A stretch of 16,841 bases of DNA from Candidatus Bathyarchaeota archaeon (lineage in GTDB: Archaea > Asgardarchaeota > Lokiarchaeia > Sigyniarchaeales > Sigyniarchaeaceae), in contig WJJB01000384.1 in assembly GCA_014729935.1 (NCBI GenBank), positions 1 to 16,841 on the forward strand. Reading direction: 5' to 3'. A program made the position numbers and the translations under genes. Within the stretch, counting starts at the first letter, position 1, and every line of letters starts with the position of its first letter. The notes beneath the pieces were generated by a model. It worked only from the letters and a program-made list of their open reading frames with translations, was not told the DNA's origin and searched no databases. Shown one piece after another: positions 6,710 to 14,148 of this stretch.

Positions 6710-7870
6710 TCACTTTTTCACCTGAACTTTCTTGGCTACTTCTTCATCAATGTCCTCGATGGATATCTTGAGTGAATCGTCCAAGTCCATCCCGAGGCTA
6801 TCCAACTCTATCTTGGCGTCTTGGACCATGTCATCTGCCTCGATGTTACTACCGGTGTTCACGCCAAGATTGGCGATTTCTTCCATTTCCTTGTTGATAT
6901 TTTCTTCCATTCGGCGGATTTCAGCCATTTCCTCATCGAAAGTTTTCATGGGCGGAGGATTGTTACTTGCCGGGGTGCTCATCCCCGTTTCCTGGCTTTT
7001 TCCAGAAGTTGCTTGAGTTGCTTCCGTGGATTCACCCGTGTTGATTTCATCTTCTGTGAAGTCGGAGAGAAAATCGGACTCGTGGAACATGTAATCCTCG
7101 TCGTTCAACACGTCCATGTCATGACCCGTTATTGCTTCTTCCTCCGGCGGGGATTCTATCTCCGGGGAAATCCCCTTGGTGTTGCCAAGCGCCCCCGATC
7201 CAGGTACCGTTGGACCGCGCTTCTCGAGATTCGTGACGCGTACCATTTCCTCCTTGAATGCCTTGTACCTTGCAGGGATGATTTCGTCAATATTGCTATC
7301 GCCGTTTTCAGCAATTATTTCCCTGTATTCCTCCAGCTCATCACCGGTGTACACGTGTCCGTTCCCCATGTTGTAGAACAAGGGAATGATGCGGGCATCC
7401 GGGATCACCTTCTTGATGATCTCTAGTTCCCTTACCTGATCGAGCAAATGGGTAACCTCATTTGTGAAGAATCCGAACAAGTCCATGGCGCTCTTTAGGG
7501 AAGAGAAATACTTCGAGATTGTTCCCGATGATGCGAATATTTGTTTTAACTTGGAAAGATTGCGTCTCAGGGTGTCCACATCCGAAAGCATGCTGTTGGA
7601 ATGTCCCAGGATGACAATTTCCTTCACTTTCCCATGCAGGAGCAAGGCGTAGATCGACCTTATCACATCATTACTCACGGTGGGCCCTGCATTCCGAATC
7701 ACGCATGCTTCTCCTGGCTCCAACTTGAAGATATCGAACGGATTGATCCGTGGGTCTATCGACGTGATGATGACCACGACTTCCTCCCTTTTTTTATCTA
7801 CCACTCCCGTGTCCTGTCCCAGAGTCTCCTTCTGGTGAACCGAAACCATGTTGTTTAATATCAAGTCCAT
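6710..7870 (-). CDS. Beta-class carbonic-anhydrase-like domain protein. Both zinc-ligand cysteines are replaced, so it is probably a pseudoenzyme. It is fused to a long acidic, disordered/coiled-coil C-terminal region.
   Basis: The N-terminal roughly 200 aa align by eye to Cab-type beta-CA. IITSIDPR corresponds to the CxDxR loop, with Cys replaced by Ser/Thr. VIRNAGP is present. ILGHSNS corresponds to HxxC, with Cys replaced by Ser. The C-terminal roughly 170 aa are D/E-rich (e.g. DEDYMFHESDFLSDFTEDEINTGESTE, EEMAEIRRMEENINKEMEEI). Confidence 0.7.
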   Translation of the reverse strand: MDLILNNMVSVHQKETLGQDTGVVDKKREEVVVIITSIDPRINPFDIFKLEPGEACVIRNAGPTVSNDVIRSIYALLLHGKVKEIVILGHSNSMLSDVDTLRRNLSKLKQIFASSGTISKYFSSLKSAMDLFGFFTNEVTHLLDQVRELEIIKKVIPDARIIPLFYNMGNGHVYTGDELEEYREIIAENGDSNIDEIIPARYKAFKEEMVRVTNLEKRGPTVPGSGALGNTKGISPEIESPPEEEAITGHDMDVLNDEDYMFHESDFLSDFTEDEINTGESTEATQATSGKSQETGMSTPASNNPPPMKTFDEEMAEIRRMEENINKEMEEIANLGVNTGSNIEADDMVQDAKIELDSLGMDLDDSLKISIEDIDEEVAKKVQVKK

Positions 7871-8089
7871 GTAATTACGCCCCGTGTACTACAACCAATC
7901 CTGCTATTAAATGATTATAGCTCTACCCAACAAGAGATCGTGGCTTTCTGGCGGAAACCGGATATACCGCGATATTTGCATTAACACATGTATTCCCTTT
8001 ATATTCTATTGCTCTCTTACCAGACACGAGCAGGCTTGATCCTTCAAGTTTGCAGGTACATGCAAGTAACGTGAAGAAGAGGAAACATC

Positions 8090-9337
8090 ATGAACATGCA
8101 ATTCGGCGGGGGTTTCAACCTGACCATGTTTCTCGTGCTAGCGGGAGTCATCGTGGGTATCGCCGTGATCATATATATCATCGTGTGGTTCAACACCCTG
8201 GTTGTGGTGCCGTTTAATGAGGTGCACGTTGTATCGAAAACAAAGAAAGTAAACCAGTATGACGGATCTGGGAGGTATCGTTATTTCAAGGTATTGCACG
8301 GTCGAACCATCATTCCCAAACACGTGCTGGATATCGAGCCACCACTCATTAAACTGCATGATATTGACAAGCTCCCCTTCGGTGTGGAAATTTCTGTTAA
8401 AGTGCAGGTCACTGACCCGAGAAAAGCTGCCGAGACTTTGACAGCCATTAACCACCAAACCATCAGCAAAGTGGTGGAAGATACCGTCATGAGTGCTGCC
8501 AGGTCCGTTGCAATGGAGCGGAACATCCTGGATATCATGAAGGAGCGTGAGGAAATTGAATCCGCCATTTACGGGATGGTATCGGACGCGTTGAACAAGT
8601 TGGGGCTTTCTCCCATCATCTTCGACATCAAGAACATCCGGGACATCGATGGGATGGACGTGATTGCAAGCCTTGAGCGGGTGAAGATCGCGGAATTGAA
8701 GAAAAACGCTCGGGTATCCGAGGCGATTCATAATAGCGCGGCGATTACCATAGAGGTTGAGAAAAGGAAGGAAAACACGGTTAAAGACGAGCAAATGAAG
8801 CAGGAAGAGGAAAATGCGCGTCTTGAACGTGAAAAAAGCATTGCTGATCAGATGATTCAAGTGGAAAAGCGGAAGCTCGCAATTGCTCGCCAGAAGGCTC
8901 ATGAAATGGCTGAAATCGAACTGGAAAAGCAGCAAATGGCGGCACGCGCCCTGCGGGATAAGAAAATGATCTTGGCACAGGCAGAAGCAGATGCAATCAA
9001 GCTCAAGGCGGAAGCGGACGCGGAGGGCATCAAACTCAGGGGTGAGGCAGAAGCTGCTACCATCAAGCACAAGGCTGAAGCCATGAATGAGTATAACAAC
9101 GTGAGTGCGGCAGGTGCGAAGATCAAGATGGCTGAAATTCTCAGCGCCGCACAAGTTGAAATGGCGGAAAAGCTGGCTACCGCCCTTGGATCAAATAACA
9201 AGATCATGTATCTTCCCATGGATGGCAAGAGCAGTTTCATAGGAAATTTCCTGCCAAAATTGGACATGCTACTTCAATCCGATGTGGTGCAAAGAATGCT
9301 AAGCAAGCTGAGCGGGAAAGGGGACAGTCCCGAGTAA
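8090..9337 (+). CDS. Flotillin-like SPFH/band-7 protein (FloT/YqiK type)
   Basis: N-terminal TM helix, SPFH domain, then a long coiled coil with characteristic EA repeats (AEADAIKLKAEADAEGIKLRGEAEAATIKHKAEA). SD GAGG 8 nt upstream of the ATG. A TATA-like CTTTATATTC lies at about 7997-8006. Confidence 0.9.
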   Translation: MNMQFGGGFNLTMFLVLAGVIVGIAVIIYIIVWFNTLVVVPFNEVHVVSKTKKVNQYDGSGRYRYFKVLHGRTIIPKHVLDIEPPLIKLHDIDKLPFGVEISVKVQVTDPRKAAETLTAINHQTISKVVEDTVMSAARSVAMERNILDIMKEREEIESAIYGMVSDALNKLGLSPIIFDIKNIRDIDGMDVIASLERVKIAELKKNARVSEAIHNSAAITIEVEKRKENTVKDEQMKQEEENARLEREKSIADQMIQVEKRKLAIARQKAHEMAEIELEKQQMAARALRDKKMILAQAEADAIKLKAEADAEGIKLRGEAEAATIKHKAEAMNEYNNVSAAGAKIKMAEILSAAQVEMAEKLATALGSNNKIMYLPMDGKSSFIGNFLPKLDMLLQSDVVQRMLSKLSGKGDSPE

Positions 9338-9343
9338 CACCCG

Positions 9344-9356
9344 TTCATTTTTTTTT
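9344..9356 (+). terminator. T9 run immediately after the flotillin stop. Terminator, and/or a TATA-like element for the next gene.
   Basis: TTCATTTTTTTTT, seen directly. Confidence 0.3.
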
Positions 9357-9380
9357 ACCCCATCCTTGTGTGATCCAATA

Positions 9381-10028
9381 ATGGTGAAAGTTCCAACTGG
9401 GGCACGGGTAACCGTGGACTTGTGGAGTAAAAATAAGGGAAAGGGTATGGTGAAATATCATGCGGATACCATGTTTCTTGTCCGGGGTGAAAGTGATTTT
9501 CCCCTCGAGAAAGGGGTTCCCGCCATAGTGGTGGAATCCCACGAGAATTTTGTCAGGATCATCCCGCTTGATGACTACACCCGTATTCTTGGCAAGAACC
9601 TGACCGGCATCAATATTGAAGCATTATCCAAGGTAATCTACGAGTATCTTAAGAAACATATCGACCATACAGGGGGAATGGTGTCGGTTGATGACATGCT
9701 CGTGATGTTGAAGAAAACTTCCATCGCCATGGAAATCAAGCGAAAGCACCTGTTGAAAGCGGCGGGTGCAGGCAAGTACCAGGTCCAGCTCTACGAGCAT
9801 GGTGGCATCATGTTTCTCGCGCTATCGGAACAAGAATGCACCACGGACCAAGCAACCATCTTGGAGCTGGCGAAGGGTAGGGATTATCTTGGCATGGTGG
9901 AGATTCGAGCGGTTACGGGATGGAAAGATGCACGTATTGTCAGGGTGATGGACTTTCTCGTGGAGCGAAATGCCTGTCGCAAGTCCAGCACGTACAAGGA
10001 CGGCATGCGTTTTTACTTCACCCCGTGA
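9381..10028 (+). CDS. Small beta-barrel (KOW/SH3-like or NfeD-OB-like) N-terminal domain fused to two tandem winged-helix domains. Function unknown.
   Basis: The N-terminal region carries a KOW-like motif: GARVTVDLWSKNKGKGMV, then FLVRGES...GVPAIVVESHENFVRIIP. After that come two helix/helix/beta-hairpin repeats (ALSKVIYEYLKK...YQVQLY and QATILELAKG...IVRVMDFLVERNA...MRFYF). The track starts at TTG 9366. The ATG at 9381 is preferred. Confidence 0.65.
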   Translation: MVKVPTGARVTVDLWSKNKGKGMVKYHADTMFLVRGESDFPLEKGVPAIVVESHENFVRIIPLDDYTRILGKNLTGINIEALSKVIYEYLKKHIDHTGGMVSVDDMLVMLKKTSIAMEIKRKHLLKAAGAGKYQVQLYEHGGIMFLALSEQECTTDQATILELAKGRDYLGMVEIRAVTGWKDARIVRVMDFLVERNACRKSSTYKDGMRFYFTP

Positions 10029-10147
10029 TATCATGCACCTTGATCGATATGGAATCTCGGAGCATGCCTCATGCCCCATGCATAAATATCCGAGAATGTA
10101 TTTGGATAGTGATATCATCTCCTTAATGAGAGAGGAGGAGTATAATC

Positions 10148-11911
10148 ATGGGGAAATTCACGAAAAAGATGAAAATAGCATCCATCACAGTGGCCGTAGT
10201 GGCCCTAACAACATTTTCGTTCCTGCTTTTCTTGCAACCATGGAAATCCACGAGGAATGGTAATGATACGCCGCCATTGGTGGGAACCCCATCTACGGGA
10301 ATTCCAGTTGCTGGAAGCCCAATTCGCGTGAACGTGACCGTCACGGATGATATTGGGGTGCAACAAGTTCTCCTTGGATACACGACAGACCTGAACATGT
10401 GGCAGAATGTTACCATGTCCGGTGCCGGCACGGAGACATGGATTGGCTACGGGCACATACCCGCACAGGATATCGAAAAAGAGATCCATTACGTGATTCA
10501 CGGGATCGATTCCAGTGGGCATGTAACGACTAATGACAACTCGTCTTCGTACTACAAGTTACATACCGGTTCGCGCAAGGCGATGATATTATGCTCCGCG
10601 AATGATTTTCACGGGGAGGAGCCTGAAGGAGCATTCAATGGCAGTCCTGATGGAACTTTCGATTCATGGACGGGAAACTGGGAGGTGGAAAATGGCGGGT
10701 CATCCTTCGTGATGGCACCTGGGCCACCTGAAGTCTCCTTCGAAAAGGCCGTGCCTGGCCCCGACCAGAATGCCATTTCATTCAACTGGACGGGGAATGG
10801 CTATGATTTAGTTGAATATGCCGAATATCAAATTTCCGTGATGGCAAGAATCGATACCGTAGTCGATGGACCTGGTGCGAGGGTTGGTATTCGGTGGTTG
10901 AACGAATCGGGATCCACAATCAGGATGGATTGGTCTGGAAATCTCAACGACACGGTTGGGACATGGGAGTCCCTGCAGGCAACTGGCCCGTGTAATAATG
11001 AATCAAGTGGAATAATTACGGGAATGGAAGTGCTCCTTGATGTTCAAGGAAATAATGCTGTTACCGTGTTTTTTGATAATGTGACCGTGAACAAGCTCAT
11101 CACGGTGAACGTGAGCAACCCTTTAGATCCTGGGAATTCCCCCCCGCCACCATATATTGATTCAGATGGATTCCCCGCGCAAGCATTGCACGTGTACTGG
11201 ATCTTGAAGAATCATGGCTACAGTGATGATAATATCTTCTTGATGCTCTATCACACCAATGATCCCGTGATTGATATACAAGCAGGTGATGGGATTCCCA
11301 ATGATCTCGTTGGCGCGAATATTGACGTCGAGAATGATGACGTGAACGCCAGCAGATTCATCGAGGAACTAAACGTGTCGCACGCCGGATCTTTTGCATC
11401 ATCCATCAAGGAAAATGATCAGCTCATCGTGTATCTCGTGGATCACGGTTCGAATGCCATCCTTGGGGATGGAAATGTCACGTTCCATTTCGAGGCAGAC
11501 GGGAGTTACGTGAGCGAGATGGAATTTCATGATTTGGTGAATAATATCTCTTGCAACCGCATGATGATAAACGTGGATTGCTGCTTCAGCGGCAATTTCT
11601 TGCAAGTGAATGCCAGTGCAGGCGGTTGGCTTGATATCGACAATTGCATCATGGTCACCTCGTCATTGAACGTGTTCTCGTGGTACTGGGTAGATAATTC
11701 GAACGGGGACATGTTCGCTGGCTCCTGGTTCTTCCACGTGTTCTGGGAGATTCTTGACATTGGACTATCGATAGCAGATGCATTCACTCAATCGGAAAAC
11801 TTCGTGCCTTTCGGGAAGCCAATGCCCTTATTCGTGTCACAATGTCCATTATATCACGATCCCGGTAACATTGGATCGACCTGGAATTTCACCAGCGTGC
11901 CAAGATTATAA
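10148..11911 (+). CDS. Secreted or membrane-anchored cysteine peptidase of the C13 family (legumain/GPI8-like) with a large N-terminal domain. Heavily decorated with N-glycosylation sequons.
   Basis: N-terminal signal/anchor segment (KIASITVAVVALTTFSFLLFL). Catalytic-His context LIVYLVDHGSNAILG and catalytic-Cys context NVDCCFSGNF match the legumain His-Gly-spacer-Cys arrangement. I count 17 N-x-S/T sequons. Strong SD GAGGAGGAG upstream. Confidence 0.75.
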   Translation: MGKFTKKMKIASITVAVVALTTFSFLLFLQPWKSTRNGNDTPPLVGTPSTGIPVAGSPIRVNVTVTDDIGVQQVLLGYTTDLNMWQNVTMSGAGTETWIGYGHIPAQDIEKEIHYVIHGIDSSGHVTTNDNSSSYYKLHTGSRKAMILCSANDFHGEEPEGAFNGSPDGTFDSWTGNWEVENGGSSFVMAPGPPEVSFEKAVPGPDQNAISFNWTGNGYDLVEYAEYQISVMARIDTVVDGPGARVGIRWLNESGSTIRMDWSGNLNDTVGTWESLQATGPCNNESSGIITGMEVLLDVQGNNAVTVFFDNVTVNKLITVNVSNPLDPGNSPPPPYIDSDGFPAQALHVYWILKNHGYSDDNIFLMLYHTNDPVIDIQAGDGIPNDLVGANIDVENDDVNASRFIEELNVSHAGSFASSIKENDQLIVYLVDHGSNAILGDGNVTFHFEADGSYVSEMEFHDLVNNISCNRMMINVDCCFSGNFLQVNASAGGWLDIDNCIMVTSSLNVFSWYWVDNSNGDMFAGSWFFHVFWEILDIGLSIADAFTQSENFVPFGKPMPLFVSQCPLYHDPGNIGSTWNFTSVPRL

Positions 11912-11947
11912 CACGGTTGCTGGTGTCTTACTTTTTCCCATTCATTT

Positions 11948-12982
11948 TCATGATGCACGTGCATGGTTCACGCCCATGACAGTTGACTTTCTTGCAGAGG
12001 TGTAAATTGACTCGATCAGCTCGAGAGCCCTGGTGCCATCTGTTCCGGTGATGGCTGGTGCACGCCCTTCCTTAATGGCATTCGAGAAGTCCTGTAGCAG
12101 GCGCCCGTGGGAAAGGATCTTCAACTCCTTTGAAGAAATTCCACGTTCACCTGCGAAATCCCTTCTATCGATATTTCCATCACCCTTGAAAAAAATCAAG
12201 GAATCCTTGCGAATTTCAATGGCACCCCTAGTTCCATGGATGGTTAGGCTTGTTCCCATGGGCGTCTTCACCGAAATGGAAGCTTGGATGGTCCCGAACG
12301 CGCCGTTCGTGAACTTGAATGCAGCCACGGCATTATCCTCGGTTTCGATATCATGCATGAGATGCGATTGGAATCCAGCCACCAAATCCACATCTCCGAT
12401 GAGATGTAATGCCAAGTCGATGTCGTGAATGGCTTGGTTGATGAGCGCACTGCCCCCTTCCATGTTGAGCCTTCCACGCCACTTGCTTTCAGTGAAATAT
12501 CCCCCATCCCGTTTCAAGTAGACCTCTATCTTGGCAAGCAGTAACTTTCCCAGCTTTCCCGAGTCTATCATCTGTTTCGCCAAGAGGGTTGAATCATTGA
12601 ACCGGTTTTGGTGATATACTCCAAGAACGAGATTTCGCCTGCTTGCCTCTTGGATCATCTCCCGTGCATCATTCGTGCTCGTGGCAATGGGTTTTTCAAC
12701 CAGCACGTGCTTGCCGTGTTCGAGTGCATCCAGGGCCACGGGGTGATGCAACCTGTGGGGCAAGGAGATGATGATACCCTCCACGTCCTTCATCACGCAA
12801 AGATCGAGATGGGAATCCACCGTGGTAGGAATGCTGAATTCCCTCGCGAGATTTCTTGCTTTTACGATATCATGGTTTGATATTGCAATGATATCGAGAT
12901 TAGCAGCTTTTTCCACTCCACGTGCAATGTTCCTTGCAGACCATCCCGCGCCAGCAATGGCGAGCCGTGCTCTTGAATCCAA
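11948..12982 (-). CDS. Gfo/Idh/MocA family NAD(P)-dependent oxidoreductase (paralogue 1)
   Basis: N-terminal Rossmann IAGAGWSARN, the family EKP motif (HVLVEKPIA), and a C-terminal alpha/beta domain. TTG start supported by an SD (AGGTGA) 7 nt upstream. The only in-frame ATG further upstream is cut off from this ORF by a TGA stop. Confidence 0.85.
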   Translation of the reverse strand: MDSRARLAIAGAGWSARNIARGVEKAANLDIIAISNHDIVKARNLAREFSIPTTVDSHLDLCVMKDVEGIIISLPHRLHHPVALDALEHGKHVLVEKPIATSTNDAREMIQEASRRNLVLGVYHQNRFNDSTLLAKQMIDSGKLGKLLLAKIEVYLKRDGGYFTESKWRGRLNMEGGSALINQAIHDIDLALHLIGDVDLVAGFQSHLMHDIETEDNAVAAFKFTNGAFGTIQASISVKTPMGTSLTIHGTRGAIEIRKDSLIFFKGDGNIDRRDFAGERGISSKELKILSHGRLLQDFSNAIKEGRAPAITGTDGTRALELIESIYTSARKSTVMGVNHARAS

Positions 12983-13029
12983 GTGCTTTCACCTATTCCT
13001 GTCCATGTCGCTTGTGACATTAACCTAAT

Positions 13030-14076
13030 CTAAAGGGTGATGATCTTTTCACCATTTGATTCATACACGGCTCGAACGACCTTCAAGGATTCCAATGCCG
13101 CCTCACCATTCACGACCGGTTCCCTATCCTCGATAATGGCATTGCAGAAATCCATCATCATCCTGCCGTGTGCTAATAGCGAGAATTTACTCGGATCTTT
13201 TGCAGAACCGACTTGACCACCGTGCTTCGCGGCATAATCAATCACTTTTTCCTTTCCATCAGCATCGTGTATGGTAAGTATATTTCCATCTATTTGAATG
13301 GCACCCTCGGAACCAAAGATCGTGAGTTTTGCGGGAAATGCTGCTTTGGTCGCCGTGCTCGTTTGTAGGGTGCCAAAGGCCCCGTTTTCGAATTGGAATG
13401 CCGCCGCGGTGAGGTCGTCCACCTCGATGTCATGTATGGCATGATCCCACAAGCCGAAGAGTGTCTTCACGCTACCAACTAAGTGCACCATTTCATCCAC
13501 GGGATGGATGGCTTGGTTTATCAGGCTACCACCGCCTTCCAATACCCATGTGCCACGCCACCCGCTTTTCTGGTAATAATCGTCGTCCCGGTACCACATG
13601 ACGCTCACGTTGGCTTGAAGAATTTTGCCCAATTTGCCCCCATCTATCAGCTTCTTTGCTTCTTGGACGGCATCGAAGAACCTGCATTGGAAATGCACGC
13701 CGAGCTTTAAATTCTTCTTCCTTGCGGTATCTATCATTTCCTCGGCGTCTTCTATTTTCGTGGCAATTGGCTTTTCAACAAGCACGTGCTTTCCATGTTT
13801 CAAGGCATACATGGTTATTTCGTGGTGCAATCCGTGGGGCACGCTGATGATGACGAAATCCACCGATTCATCATCGCACACGTCCTTGTAATCATCACTC
13901 ACGATTTTCGAGTCATGACCTGCAGCTATCTTCTTGGCGGCATCGATATTCTTATCCGCGATTGCCACCAAGCTTAAATTTTCGATGGTCGCAATGGTTG
14001 CGGCGATGTTCGTCGCGGAGCTTCCCGCGCCAATCATGCCCGCTTTCAAGTTCCTTGCTAACTTTCGTGATTCCAT
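13030..14076 (-). CDS. Gfo/Idh/MocA family NAD(P)-dependent oxidoreductase (paralogue 2)
   Basis: GMIGAGSSATNIA Rossmann motif, HVLVEKPIA, and the same architecture as the downstream paralogue. ATG start with a strong SD (GAGGTGA) 7 nt upstream. Confidence 0.85.
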   Translation of the reverse strand: MESRKLARNLKAGMIGAGSSATNIAATIATIENLSLVAIADKNIDAAKKIAAGHDSKIVSDDYKDVCDDESVDFVIISVPHGLHHEITMYALKHGKHVLVEKPIATKIEDAEEMIDTARKKNLKLGVHFQCRFFDAVQEAKKLIDGGKLGKILQANVSVMWYRDDDYYQKSGWRGTWVLEGGGSLINQAIHPVDEMVHLVGSVKTLFGLWDHAIHDIEVDDLTAAAFQFENGAFGTLQTSTATKAAFPAKLTIFGSEGAIQIDGNILTIHDADGKEKVIDYAAKHGGQVGSAKDPSKFSLLAHGRMMMDFCNAIIEDREPVVNGEAALESLKVVRAVYESNGEKIITL

Positions 14077-14113
14077 GAATCGTTCACCTCACGACATTGA
14101 TCGCACCCTTGCC

Positions 14114-14124
14114 AATAAAATTTT
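14114..14124 (+). promoter_or_regulatory. TATA-like AATAAAATTTT about 30 nt upstream of the EF-2-like gene ATG. No SD, so probably leaderless.
   Basis: AT-rich element at the canonical distance. Lies in the divergent region shared with the Gfo paralogue 2 promoter. Confidence 0.35.
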
Positions 14125-14148
14125 CAAACATGGTGTCCTTACATTCCC

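Noticed and set aside
6821-7426. 201-aa plus-strand ORF opposite the beta-CA-like gene, with other overlapping ORFs at 6732-7016 and 7176-7376
   Set aside because: Antisense of an acidic coding region gives Arg/His/Cys/Phe-rich nonsense. The minus-strand gene has recognisable domain homology.
8138-9154. 338-aa ORF on the minus strand lying entirely inside the flotillin gene
   Set aside because: Antisense shadow ORF of a K/E/A-rich coiled-coil gene. Its translation is Cys/His/Phe/Leu-rich low-complexity with no motifs, while the sense strand has unambiguous SPFH/flotillin features.
9381-10028. Interpretation of the tandem-WH protein as an ESCRT-II (EAP30/Vps22-36-like) subunit
   Set aside because: Tandem winged helices occur in many unrelated prokaryotic proteins (ScpB, for example). 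No ESCRT-III/Vps4/ubiquitin-system genes are in the window. Kept only as a low-priority alternative inside the flotillin-partner finding.
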